DNA of 64,000 nt from Tubiluchus corallicola (taxonomy: Eukaryota; Animalia; Priapulida): assembly GCA_030141605.1 (NCBI GenBank), contig JAQGDQ010000351.1, positions 62,001 to 126,000 on the forward strand. Reading direction: 5' to 3'. The notes beneath the pieces are model-generated. The model was not told the DNA's origin. It did not search any database and saw nothing but the letters and a program-made list of their open reading frames with translations. Position numbers and translations under genes: made by a program. This document shows positions 48,226 through 62,166 of the stretch, one piece after another (position 1 is the stretch's first letter; every line of letters starts with the position of its first letter).

Positions 48226-51200
48226 TGAGTGAGTGCTAGTCTTTAAGATAAAGAAATGTATTCAGCACTGAAATGAAAGAGAACTGTGATTTGGACTTTC
48301 CTGCTGACTATATTTATTCTGTTGAATAATTAAATCTTTGTCGTCCAAAACATTGAAGTTAAACATCAGTTACAACGCAGCAGTCGGCAGCACCAACATC
48401 AGATTACCAAAACGCCACCAGCAAAGTCTCTCCTCCTGTTAAATCCTTCCTAACAAAATAGTATCTGTCACGGACTCCATGTACACACAGTTTAATTGAG
48501 CGCATCATGCAACCGAATAAGAGTGTGTAGCAGGGAGCAACCCTTGGACCACAAGGCAAGTTTTAGGGCTCACTCAGCGTTGTGCAATTCATTATCCAAA
48601 AACACTCGAAACACCCATGTTTGAAATTACGGTACTTTTGTTGCTTGTGCAACAGAATATTGTCCAACAGGGTATGTTGGACACCATGTAATGGACATGC
48701 CCTCCAGGCAGGAAAGCCGTTCTCTTGACAGATTCAGTGACTATATTGACTCTGTGTAACTGCACTGCGTTGAACACAGCAAACAAGGCCTAATGATTGA
48801 AATGTCGACGAGTGTGGCAAATAATCCGCATGTGGAGCAGAAAGGCTAATGATTCCAGAACGGTCTACGTAGTCACTTTTCTCTCTCCTCTCCCTATTCA
48901 CCTCTCTCCCTTTTCCTCTTCCGCTCTCTCCCACCTATTGTAATGAATGAATAAGTGAACGAGTGAGCAATCGAGTGACTAACCGAGTGAAGAAGATATG
49001 AATTTAATTAGGTTCTCCATACTGACGCTACAGAACACATTAAGGGCGTGAATGTTGAAGCCCTGCAAACTGCAAAGTATTTAGCAACTGACATAACAAT
49101 TAACAGTGGCATTACATATGAATAAGACTGATTTCAATTTCTCTACTTCCCAATTCAGTGTATAGCTATTAATATTTGAAGTCATTAGCGCTTTGATCGC
49201 ATCTTGGACAAAAAAGGGGTTAGAAAGAACAGTTTTAGCACATTGGTGAAACCCCTAAAATCTTAGTTAGTCAATTATTTTGTCGACAGGTACAATGGAC
49301 AATTTTAAACCAATAGTAGAAAACCTACTAAACTATCAGCAATGACAGTTGGAGACCTCACAAGGGCTCTGATGATTTTCAAGATTCGGCAAGACGACGC
49401 TCATAATCGACGTCACGAGAGTCATCGAGGAAGACAGGCACTCAGACAGACCTAGACCGGGACTGCCAACAAGCCAGTTGGGCTGGAAAAACCGATAGAA
49501 AAGATTAGTCATAACGAATTAATTACAGTTGATTCAGTCGCATCCGTACCCCGGGGAAAACGCGGTGGCAGATTTTGTACACACAAAAGACTTTGTTTGC
49601 ATCCGCCATTATGTCATAGTATTAATGCTAGCAGGGCGGATATACAGGAACCGGGGCTAAAACGGGACTTCCGGAACCAGTTTTTCTATTTTTATTCTGT
49701 TAAAAAACAGAAACAGATATTTATTAAACATTACAAAATTTAAAGAATAGAATCCGCAAGCCTTAGATCCTGACCTCTATGTTTAAATAAGAATATACAA
49801 TCAGTCAATAATTCTTTTAAAAATTGTTAGTAGTTGAGAAATTGAGAAAAATGTGTTAGTCACTAAAATGTGCACATAGTCTGATATGATTAAAAACAAA
49901 ATATGCAGGTTTGGGTGAGAACTGATGAATGTTGTTGTCACCGGATTAACTTCTCTACTATATACACGGACCTTATCAGTTACACAAAACGATTATGTTT
50001 GTACATGTGTAAGTTTAGAAGCCCCTGGAGTTTTTATCCACGGATAAGATATTCATTTAAAACGTTAAAAGGTAGTCTCCTTGATTCAAAATAAATAATC
50101 CATGTTGTAAGTTGCAAAATAAAAGCAAGACGAAACCTAACACGACTATTAATTTTGAAGTGGTGATTACTGTAAATTACTGGAAATGACGCAAACATTT
50201 CGTTTAAGTAAGTTAATAACACAATAATTCAAATTAGTATGATTGGTACTTAAGCACAGTTAGTTTATTTGATGAATGAAATTCTGGGGGTGGGTCTTTG
50301 CGTATTCTATAGAACTGCCTCTTAAATAAAGCCAGCTTTTTTTCTACAAACACAAAAATGGTCACTCTTTAAAGTGACCACTGGCTTCTTCCAGCAGACG
50401 AATATCAGAAGGACGTCTAAGTCTTATCCAAACTTCAGCAATTAAGCATTAATTAATTGAACGATTAAAAACAAAAAAAAAGACTAAAGTTAAACAGAAA
50501 AGTTGAACAATTCAATAATCAAATCCTGATTTCGGGATTAAATAAGGACATCTCTTTAAAAGCAAGCACCCCTGCCCCTAGCGTCCGCCTTCATACGTTT
50601 TCTTCTGTCCAAATTAGTTGGCCGATACAGCGCTCATTGTTTTCTGCTGAAACGTTTGGCTCGGTAAAATAAATTATCTGACATAATCCGACTCAATTTA
50701 CTTAATATGAATCACTCAGCACCGCCGCTAGTAGGAGGTGCGTGCTTCCGGAAAGCAGCCTTCGATTAAGCGCGTATTCTGACTAAGATTAGGCTGTTAA
50801 AGACGAACGATTAGCCACTCAATTTAAACGGACGACGTATTGAGCTTTAACACGGTTTTACACGAGTAATACCTTACACGTTAATAGTGGTTACACGACA
50901 CAATCTATTTACCTATGCTATAATACTAAAGCATAATATTTTGCATTTTACGTCCCCGTCGTTTAGTTGATGTTGACACTGATGTTGAACTGAAAAAAAC
51001 AGGCTTATTATTTTAGTACTTCAGAAGATAGTAATTTCAAAATATTTCAAATTTGGCCTGGAAGACTGGAAATAAATGAAAATGATTCAAGCAACAGATC
51101 ACTTAAAGTCAAAATCTATAATTATTTTTCATGATATTAAAGGAAAGAACAAGTCACTCGGTATGTTGGGTTTATTTTACTGTTATTACTTAAACTTTGA

Positions 51201-53814
51201 AAAATATATTTAAGAATTTAGCAAAGAACTGTCTATATAGCATAAATTTAAAATATACTATCGCTGAACAGAAATTTTCAGCGTGGTGGTTGCCGCCTTT
51301 CACTTGAAAATCATGACATAACTGGGAGACTTCGTGACTTTTCGTAAGCGCGTCGTGGCTTTCCGTAAGCGCGCGCTGCTTAAAATAGTTCAAATTTCTG
51401 TAGCTTATCTAATGTTCACGCAAAAATGTTTCAAAATTAGGCATCTAAGTTTTTTGTAAATACTCATTATACTTTCGCTTATAATTCTCAGTGCGCTACT
51501 TTTCTTCAAGACGAATAACGGCAATGGAAGAAAAATGGGCACTGAAATAGGCCATGACTTCAAAGTGATTGTACTAGTTACACGAGACGCTTATTGCAGT
51601 TTTATTACTAAATCCTTCTAATATTTTTCGCGAATTGAAATAAACCTAACCTTCTAGAAAGCTTGGCCTTTCCTTTAATAAGAAGCCTGTTAATCCGAAA
51701 TACCAGCTCACAATTTTCAAATACAAGTGCATTTTGTGATTTTGTAGGCATTCAATGACAAGTTAATTTATAATGCAGAATATTTCTCCAGTTACTCAGC
51801 AAAATATAACAAGTCTGCAAAACCTCTGGTCTTTACAACGAGAGCTTGGCCTTTTTCTCTGGTGAAAACTATCAAAATCTTTGTATTTAGACTTACGATA
51901 ACAACTATTATTAGCAAAGTGATCAGTTATTTTTTATTACATAGCAATTTTTGTACTCTATCCAATTTCAAACGCTTTGTTTAAAAAATATGAATACGTG
52001 TATGTTCTTGTGTGGAAACGTTGATATATTTCCTCGATCCAACAGTGTCCAAAACTTCAAACTCCATTTCACAATCTTCCACAGATTTTAACTCGTAGCA
52101 AATTACATCGCCATAATGCTCAGCTGCAACGCGACGGATTTTTTTTTCAGAAAGAGAAATTGGAAAAGCGGCGGCTAAAACATCGGGAGAAGAAAATTGC
52201 CAAGATGAGAAATTGACTTGCGCCCGCGTTACTTCAACGTAATGAATACCGAATTGAAAAGAGCAACCAAGCAGCGGAGAAACAATTCAGATGCGAATTA
52301 GAGCTGCTGCACATATTGTCAACGTTGATAGAGTGCAGTTGTTAGCTGGTGATTCTTGGCTGGTTAAAAACACTGGCACAACCGCAGAATTTATCTATTA
52401 CTTTGAGGAAAGTCTAAGTTTCGACTTTATCTCTTGTTATATTAACTGGTGCAAGCTAACACACCACAAATAATAATGAGCAAAATTCTTAAGTAACGGG
52501 ACAGGCTATGCTCGTATTTTGACAAGTAATACATCACAGACTGTTTCCAATGCAAACATTGAAGTACTTCAACAAATTTAAAAACAGACACAATATAATA
52601 TCTTCTGATCCTGAACCACTTACTTTTTTTATATTTTGCGAAATTAACATGACCTTGAAACTCGTCTCTGGGGTCAAGCGTCTACGTCTAATTTCCTAAT
52701 GGCTTATATAGCTTTCAACATATCTATCTTGATCACTTGTCTCATGCGCCAATTATAAGATGGTAAGACTGTCAGAAATTTATTCAGCAACATTGCGAAG
52801 AAATGGCCATCTTTGGGAAATGGTTGGGATTACCTATATTAGTTGCATACACGTGCGAATACAACACCTACAATAAAACTTGTTGCGATTAATAGGTACT
52901 CTATATCTAAAAATCATTAAAATTATTGTTTTAGTTAAATGGATCAAACTATAATTTACCAGTCGCTGGTCAGCTTTTGTTGATTTTTTGCTTTTGAGGC
53001 CAAATATTGATTGGTCACTTACATCAAGTATATACGACTGGAATGACGGGATATCAACGATTAATGATGCCACGTTTTTACTGACTGCCCATAAAACCAT
53101 GTGACTGATCATATTAATCGATTGTTACATGAAGATCGGGTTTTCGCATAAATGGTACAAGCTGCTAACACAGGTAGTCAACTAATCACTAGATTACGTT
53201 AGGGGGTTATTTCGCAGTCTTGTATGATTGAACCACGACCGATGATTGATTACAACTTATCGGAAATGATTATCAGTATCTACATAAGAATTTGAAATGG
53301 AATCGTGGGCAAGCACAAGAAATTATAACTTCCAGGAGCAAAATGTGAATTAACAAAATTACCACTAAAAGAACCAAAAATACCTAGTTACTCATGTGGT
53401 CAACTACGTTTTTCTCGTCTGTTTTCTAGAATATTGTAACTTCAATCAGCTTTCAAACGGCATTTCTTGAGATCAATAAATAAATCTGTTTTTTTTTTCG
53501 GTTGATTTGTTGTATCACAGGAAGTCACACTTAACTAGATCTTCGAATCGAACTAATATCAATGCGCGCTTAGTTACCCGCGGTGCATTAGCGACAACCT
53601 TCTCACACCCTTGAGAAAAATCCCTCTAAATACTCGGGAAAACTACATTTGCTCGGGAACGACAATCACTGGAATGACTACCCCTGTTCATTATCTACAA
53701 TGTTTAGTGGACAAACTGAACCACTAGAAAGTTAAATTGTACAGGCTGCTCCTAAAAAAGGATGTACAGTAGAAATGCGATAAACTCAACCAGAATTTCT
53801 GCATTATGACATCA

Positions 53815-53846
53815 TAATTATTTATTATTATTATTATTATTTATTT
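53815..53846. repeat. (TTA)n microsatellite
   Basis: ttatttattattattattattatttattt. Confidence 0.85.
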
Positions 53847-54217
53847 GCTTACACCATTTATTTTTACTCATGAGGTATGTTCAACGTAGAAAATAACAAC
53901 AACAGATAAGAAAAGATGAAAAAACACGAATCAAATTACGATATAAATTAGTTCAAGCTGTATATGCATGTAGTAAAAAAAGTTTGTTAATTTGTTAAAG
54001 AAAAGTAAAAAATCATTACAGCTATTCAAGTTATAAGTTTAAGTGTACAGGTCTGTATGGTCTCGAGAAATAGTCATAATTATGGTTCCAACAAATAACC
54101 AAATATATTTTCCAATTAATTATTCCAGTTTTCTTATTATATAATTTGGTGTGAACACAATTAGTGGACTTTGTATGGTGCAAGTCTGATAGTCTTATAG
54201 CATTTGTTAATACAATG

Positions 54218-54238
54218 CTTCTTTTGGAACACCCTGTA
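54218..54238 (-). mobile_element. Tc1/mariner-type terminal inverted repeat remnant
   Basis: Minus strand reads TA-CAGGGTGTTCCAAAAGAAG, a typical Tc1/mariner end with TA target site; only a weak partner (tacaggtctg at 54046). Confidence 0.45.
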
Positions 54239-57200
54239 TTTGGCTTCTATAGCAGTAATTAACATCCTTACGAAATCGAAATCTTTGTAAAAAATAAATG
54301 CATAGAATTAACATACTTTGTGAGTGATCTCAAAGCATCTCATGATAAGCTATAATGATAGGAATATCGGTATTAATTTTGACGTCGCAAATAGCTTGTT
54401 TAATTGTTTACAATATGCGTTTGATTGTACGCATGGACGCATTATTTACAATACTGGTCAAATGCTTAAACGGAAAAGCTATAATTTACTCTTTGCAATT
54501 TGTAGACAAATTTGCATTCAATTCCAAATTAACTTAATTTGTAATGACGCGTGTAGTGGTCAATAAACACACTACAAGGACGTAAGAAAATTTATTGTGT
54601 CAATTATTCACAAAAAGAAACAAAAATCTGTAACAAAACGTCTTTCGCTTAGCTTATACACTCTTGTCACCAACCACCCTTTGCTTTCTATAACAATAAC
54701 TGAATTTTATTTAATTCACTATCTTTCTGCTTTTAATAAACAGCTTAAACACTAATCACTTCTATCCATAAAAGTTATGTAAGTTGTAAAAAAGCGTTTA
54801 AAACAACCTCGTTAAGTCTTCACCTACTACTTCAAAACAGCAAGGGTAGGCCTTTGTTACACTATTTTTATAGTTCGCACATACGAGACTATAACGCTCC
54901 AGTGCACAAGAAATGAGCCTACAAAACCGACCGCCACCTATGAATAAATGGCGTAAATAAAATCATAAACATTTAATGCTTCGCCACTTATAAAAATTGT
55001 ACAATAATTGCCCCTTCCAAGTGCGCCAGGCGAAGTCAATAAATTTGTTATGATCGCTCAAGAGCGATTTAAATAATCAACCACACACTGGTGACAGACA
55101 TCAAGAGCCTCGATGATCAGTCCCTAGGCATAATAGCATCTATACGAGTAATGTTAGGATCAATAGTTGCCTCTCTTTACCGTCTAATCGCGTGCGCTAC
55201 TCACACACTTGTGCAAGTCAATCTCATAACATTTAAACTGTCACACGATACGCAAGCGCCCCTGGTAGTGGAAGTGTAACAAAACAGCATGACTGTGAGT
55301 TTAGTGAAAGTAGATTAGTTTAACAAGTCTGCATTATTATTAGCCTTTAGTCGGTACAATTCAATGTAGATTAACAAATGTGACTGAAGAAATATTTGTA
55401 AAACAAAAATGACTAAAGGAAGAGATAGCAAAGTAAAAGAATTCATTAATGGAACTGCAGCAAAGTATTAACACCGGGCCTCGTGACACAAACTCGCAAT
55501 GCCGAATTTTAGCATCACTTGAATAACAGGTCCTGAGCTGCCAAACACTAGCCTGCAGCTAGGTATTTCGCAACTACCACGTCCCTGCTTCTCTATGCGT
55601 CCTGCAATTTACGTTACTGCTAAGAAGGTGACATTAAAATTGTGTTATAATAATAGTCATGCTAAACTGTTATAATACAGTTATACATGTACATAGAACT
55701 TTGGTTTTTCACTGGCGTTTTACGTATTGACATCCATGGATGCAAAGCTCTAAAAAACTGGCATCATTTGGATGCGCTCCAAAAATGGCATCGCCGCATC
55801 GCTATTGATGCAGTCTTAAAAAGGGAATTGTAACCAGTCGCAATAGTCCCAACTACATGTTAAATTAGTATTGCTAACAAAGTTCTTTTTTATTACTGAC
55901 TCAATTTTTTTAAATTTTATTATTAGTACATTAGTGTCTTATTCTTATAAAGTGCCATTGCCTTCTCAAACACAGATTTTACAAGTCATTTTTCCACTCT
56001 TCATATTTTAACCATTCAAATTTTTTTAGCCATTCGTAACAAAATTGTAGGCTTGCAGCCATCTTAAAGGCAGGTAACTAAGCTTTTCGCAATAAGTATT
56101 TATGTAGGTCTGTACCTGAAGTTTTATAATGAACGGTGCACTACATATCACGCGTATACATTTTTCAAATTGCGCAAACTGGGAGTTAGAAAGTAATTCA
56201 TTTCTCTGGTGCGCCACAGTAAAAATGTTGCCAACAGATTCAAACAAACTGAGGAAGTATGGCAGCACACTTCAGCGTCAAATCGGTAAAGTTTAGAGCA
56301 TTATGGATTAACTTTTATCGAACACGTTTAGTTTGTTTAGTTAATTTAAGTTTTATGGTTATTTTGTAATTTTTCTAATGCAAATGCAAAAATATTTGGT
56401 GTAAATACTACACATGTAAATTTATGTGACTTTAACAACGAGTGGGTATCGAACTTTGGCGTTGGTGCAAGGAAATTAGACGTAAAAACGCCCAATGACG
56501 CCCATAGTTATACATGTACAACGTACCCAGTTTGTATACAGATTGGAAAACAGTAAAAGCAGTAGTAGGCCTAAGCAAAACTGCAAGAAATGAGTCTGTT
56601 TCATTACTGGTCACCGCTACTTCCTTTGTCCGTTTGTTTGTTTCAGAATTCCATTGTATCCTTATTTGCTCATTTGTACTGTCTCTTATTTGTCTGCTCA
56701 TTTATTTGTTCGTCTGTCCATCCATCTATCACTTTAGTAAATCCACCGTTATCAATGCTAATAACCTTAGCATTATCGTTTTTATCTAACCAGGAAAAAC
56801 CCTCTTCATCGTTCGCCTGATTAACTCGAGCCGTAACTCTCTGACCATAATGAACAATACAATATAATAAATTTCGTGTTTTGTAGCTCTAGGCCTTACA
56901 ATAACGTTTATCATATAATCTAGTTAAGCATTTAGAAAGCAGCTAGAACAACACCGACCGGGCGTTAACAGTCTTTTCAATGACAATTTCAAGGGTTACT
57001 TACTAGTAATAAGAAAAATACCGTTTCTTCTGACGTGAAGCATACACCCCGCTTAATATGCGTAACGTATAATTAGTGAAATCATTGCACAAATCTATCT
57101 AGCATGATGAACACCATTATTTGGCTTAGAGCAATAGTATTATCTGTACTCTAAAATTTTTGCCCACTGGAGTGAAATTTTAATATGCTCTTACCGTATG

Positions 57201-58764
57201 TCATTTGTGCAAATACGTTTTACCTACTTGCTCTTTTTAATTTTTGTAAATAGCAAGTTTATGTTTTATAATTAGTTTTATTATAACTGTATTTTATAGC
57301 TTGAGACATATGACATCTGCGAGTCACATAAAGAGTAAATAAATAAATAAAATCTTGCGTAACAACTCTTGTGCAAAGTTTTACACATAAACATTCTAGG
57401 TACAAATATTGACGTTTAAAAAAGTGAAACCCCTCTCACGTATTATTTATTCACATTATTTGCAGTAGTGTGACTGTTGTGTAAACAGGAAGAAAGAGAC
57501 AACAAGGAGAAAAAAGACAAATTTTTCCAGCAGTCAGATCACTAACACAAAATGACACACTACACAAGTAATCTACTGCGATGACAACAGAACAAGACAC
57601 TCACAAGCAGAAAGTATTTCAAACCAGGGTGGCAGCACCAGTCTAAATAACCACAAGTAAAGAACTCCAAATGCTAAATGCACAAACGTAAAGTGACTAC
57701 AAAACGCAATACTAGTTTTAATGCAGCTTAAATGTTCAACTTTGCCTTAAAAGTGGCACGTTCCTGCATCCAAACAGTCAGACCCTGTAACGGTTTCAGG
57801 ATCGTTTACCTAGAGCCGCCCCTGAGTAATATCCTAAAAGGCAAGCGCTGCAAACCTCTTCATTTATCATTGACTTCCATTACTGGAAAAATATCAGTTA
57901 TTTAATGTGCTGGAACTGTAAGGCGGTTTAGTCGCTGAATAACAGTGATGAAAGCCATTGAGAAAATCTCTAACCTTTCAAAAGGAAAAGCGGGGTCGAT
58001 TATGATCCCCGAGATGCTTAGCTACACTCGAGACCCTTCCGATCCCTTTATCAAGCTTATCAGTGTGTAATGTGACATGAGTGCGTGCAGTGCATTATGG
58101 GACATGTAAAATCAGTGAAGCATTGTCACAGCAGTTCATAAGAAACGCGAGCGTCCCGACTGGAAAAAATCGCTCCGAAAACGACTCTTTAACAAAGAAT
58201 TTAACAGATCTTACTACAGGTCAGTTATACAGCGAATTAAGAATTTAACACTATCATTAAATGCATGATCAAAGTAGGTGATGAGCGATCCGCTCTGCGA
58301 AGCCCAACCCATAATTGGCACGACAGCGCGCGTATATCGATTCAAAAAAGAGGTTTTCCACTTCCCCTGCCTAATTGGACCGCTCTTATACATGTACAAG
58401 AAAATTTGCTATTAATTAATGAGTGTGTAGAGGCTGAAGTGTAGAGGATAACAATGAGTTATCCCAACACCCATAATCACTAATGTATTATATAGCGCCT
58501 ACGGTGCTCATTGTATGGGACGCAGTTTTTCAGTGCCATATGGTAGGCAAATCAAGCTACGCCAACAATTACATTGGTCAGTTGTTCTGTAGTTTCAAGC
58601 ATCAGCTTCGAGAACCCAAAACGTCTTTTACTGAGAATCTGGTAATTTTAACAAGTCCTGACGAACATCGTGTAAAACCAGTAAGCATTTGTGCACGCTT
58701 GACAACGCCTCGCAGCCCAAGCTATTGTAATAATAACTTTTTTAACAGCTAGCTAGAACCTTAC

Positions 58765-58861
58765 CTAGTTCATTTTTTCTTGTTCCCAAGAAAAATCCTG
58801 CTAATAAATCACTCTACGCACAGACTAATGCATAATTAAGTAAAGTACACGTAAAACAACT
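58765..58861 (-). other. Candidate non-coding first/5'UTR exon of ZMIZ
   Basis: Donor TAG|GTAAGG at 58759-58764; Inr-like TCAGTT at 58858-58863 on minus; CpG-containing flank and a CCAAT near 59028. Sequence-only guess. Confidence 0.25.
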
Positions 58862-60393
58862 GAAGTTACTGAAATGAAGCAGCGGACGACTTTGCTTTAC
58901 ACACATGTTACGTGACGGTTATAGTTAAGATGCGTTGCTATGGTACACTTAACCTTTGACCTACAGCAACTGCGCGTGCGTACACGAAACTGTGAAAACG
59001 CTTGTTGGCATTGCGGCAAATTGTTAACCAATCAAAGGCCAGTTCCTGCAAGATAATTTACCGAAAACACAAGCCTGGAAAAGCCACCATTGTCAGATCC
59101 TATAGTGAACTACAGCAAAAAAAGATTTGCCTGTAACCCCATTTTTTGGTTTACCAGTTAAATTAAGCAATGAATAAATTGTACATTTATTTCTACGATT
59201 AAGTAGTAAGCTGCGTTCACACCTAAGAAAAGACAAAGAACAAAGTTTGCGGTCCAACCAATAGATTCATACCGATCCTGACTTTTCTCGACGTCAGTTG
59301 GTTTACATTAGACCCGGATTCAAAAACTCGCGCCAGATATCCGTCATATCCGGAAACTGACAATCTAATCGCCATTACCTTTGCTGCTCAATGTGACATA
59401 TCTGGAGCCTTTATGTACAAACAATCAATTTAGTTCATCGATTGGTACGTAACAGGTATGCTAGTCCAGTAGACAAACCCAAGACGTAAGCCGAAAAAGT
59501 AGTATTGACAAGGTTTTTTGCTTAATTTGTTTGTTCACAAATTTACTTTTACCTGAATGTAATTCATAAGGTATTGATACATTCTTTTCTAAGGTACGAG
59601 AGATGTTCGTTTCAGAAAATACACAAACTTTCTGTAAAGGAATCGCAAAGTTGGTTGATCGATTGTTTCAATACGATACATTTACGAACTTTTGATATGA
59701 CACATTTATAGTTTTGTGAGCATCTTTAACTATGTCATGACCTTCGTCGATAAGTTTTTCGCTATTCAAAAGTAATGTTTTGATAACCTGATAACCAAAA
59801 CTTTGTCCATACTATATTTGACGATTGCCTGCCAGTTCAACTGGACCATGTGGACATATTTTACTTAGCTATCTCAATAAAACTGAATTCTGTACAGGTG
59901 TGAGCATAACTTTACTACTTTTATTGACAAAATCGGCATATTTCGGACAAAGCTTTAAACTCTAACAAAACCACGTGACAAAATTAAGTGCAACATCTTA
60001 TTAACTGAGCATAATTATAATTTACACTGTTTTAGCTTTAATCATTATGTAGCAGCTTGATGCTGTTTAAACGTTGCTAGCAAGAGCGTTTTCTATCGGA
60101 TCTTCTTTTAACAACGTGTTTAGCGAACAAACATCAGAGAATCTAAGCGTGTGTTTGGAAAGCAAGCAACTTCAGTCGTTTAATGTTGAAAACGCTAATT
60201 GCGTGTTAAACTAGCATCTTGCTATGACTTTGTAAACTTTTCAAACACAAGTCAATAAACAATAATGCATTAACTAAGAAAATGGGTTAACAACTGCACA
60301 TTACTCGGTAATCTCATTCAATTAACTTAGGTGGAAAATAACAAATCACCATTACGCTAATTTGACATGTGACAACAATTATTACTCCTTTAC

Positions 60394-60407
60394 GGGGGGG
60401 GGGGGGG
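60394..60407. repeat. Poly-G run (14 nt)
   Basis: Direct reading. Confidence 0.9.
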
Positions 60408-61374
60408 CTGTTATTGTTTTTTCATAAGTGACAAGGGTCTTGCGATGAATGCAGTTAAAAGATATAAACTGAAACTGGTAGGACGAGAATAACCAAAAAA
60501 CCAAAAATGAATATAAACGAATATTCGTTTATTAGGTTCCCTCTGAAATTACTGTACAATGAGGTAACTTGTAATTAAAGTACAGTATTAATTAAAATTG
60601 TTATGGTAAATGTATGCTAAATCAATTGTTAGTTTATAAATGTCTCAGCGTCTATAAATAAATTGTCTGGACTATGCGTTGTCATCAATTCTAAAGCTAA
60701 TTCTATACTCCCAAGTTATTTCAAAAGTAACTCTAGGTGGTCAAAGGGATCCACTATGTACCAGACAAACTAAGGAGATCAGTTTCAGTTTAATGATTTC
60801 ATCCTAGTAAATTCAGAATTATTTTAGGAAAATTTAACTACTGATACAGAAAGTGCTGTCATTGCTTTTTTCTTTCTCTACCAAAGTCCTTATTAACAAA
60901 TAGCCAATATTGTGAGACAACACTAGTACCATTAAAAATCTGAGAACAACATCAACTAGGATAATTTTATTTATTAAAAGCTTTAAAGTCGTCGAAAAGA
61001 CGGGCTGTGGAATCTCATTTAATTAGAGATCCAATTTGATTGATAAAGTTTATACAGCTGATGGGGATGTAAAACAGCATTATCAAAATCTTGGAATCCA
61101 GAATACTATGTGATAATAAGGCACAGATTACGTTGTTTACAGCACGCGCACAGTCTAATCACAAAGACCACTATAATACACTAGTAGAACATATTTATAT
61201 GGAGGTTAGACTAATTACGCTCCTGGGGCTCCCGGCGACACACAACGCCGCCGATATGATCGATTAAAAGACAACTTTCAGCTTCTGACTAAAGCACCTG
61301 CTGCTATGTAAAATACACAGCGAAAAATAACTGACGAAAGTAAAAAAGAGCTTTCTATGCCTACATTCGTTTCG

Positions 61375-61652
61375 TCGCTCGTTCATTCACACATTAATTC
61401 ATTCATCCAACGTATTTACTCACTTCACTTGCTCATTCATTCCTGAATCATTCACTCCATTCATTCATTCGTTCACTCATTCTTATCGACCTTAGTTAAA
61501 ATGTAATGCAAACAGTGGCCAATCTTCACGCATTCCACAGACATACTAATCGTTTTTCCTTCCTTTTAGTTGTCCACCCTTCCTTTCATTGCACATTCTC
61601 ATCCAACTGTTGATTCATTCATTCAATCAGTCCATCAGTCAGTCAGTCAGTC
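61375..61652. repeat. Degenerate (TCAT/TCAC/TCAG)n tetranucleotide tracts
   Basis: cattcattcattcgttcactcattc at 61375-61482 and cattcattcaatcagtc...agtcagtcagtc at 61612-61652. Confidence 0.75.
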
Positions 61653-61769
61653 AACTCTACAGTTAAAAGACAAGAAAATCCTTTCATTACATAAAACTAA
61701 AAAAATCATCTCGAAACTTTGTATCACCTACAATCCTGCATGTTAGCTATCTGCATACAAAGATTGTAT

Positions 61770-62166
61770 TAGCAGTAACGCTGTATAAAGCTTAAAATTT
61801 AAACTCCCGCGACAATCATTAGGCGCAACCAATCTAAGCCAGTCAGTCTTTCAGCAAGATAAATTTAAGCAAGCTTAAATAACATTATGTATAAAGTTTT
61901 AAAAAATGATCAGAGCATTCGTAGCACACACTTCACTGAATCACTCACTAAGCAAAAGTACTGTAAATGATTTTATCTTATCAGTAAGATTAATAATATG
62001 TTTTAGTGAGCCAGTGACGTTTTTCTGATGCACACCGGGATAGTGAAACAGTGATACTTTACCAGTTGGCGAGAAAATTTTAAGTCATTGAGAATTTTCT
62101 TTTCCGCTTACACAAGTCTCTCGAACAGGCAAGCATAATGCTAACTGATATAACTTTGTATGGAAA
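61770..62166 (+). repeat. Interspersed repeat, copy B (homologous to 32377-32740)
   Basis: Same collinear blocks as copy A, same orientation, with small indels. Confidence 0.75.

Noticed and set aside
47930-48232. ORF with RE- and CV-repeats
   Set aside because: Translation of GA-rich and (GT)n microsatellites.
50359-50381. Hairpin tggtcact...agtgacca
   Set aside because: An 8-bp stem is expected by chance in 64 kb.
53444-53492. AATCAGCTTTCAAA (reverse complement of the bantam 3' half) followed by TGAGATCA (bantam 5' end)
   Set aside because: Arms are adjacent with essentially no loop, the putative mature strand diverges after 8 nt and pairs poorly; similar agctttcaa text occurs in repeat-like DNA at ~52710. 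Not a credible pre-miRNA.
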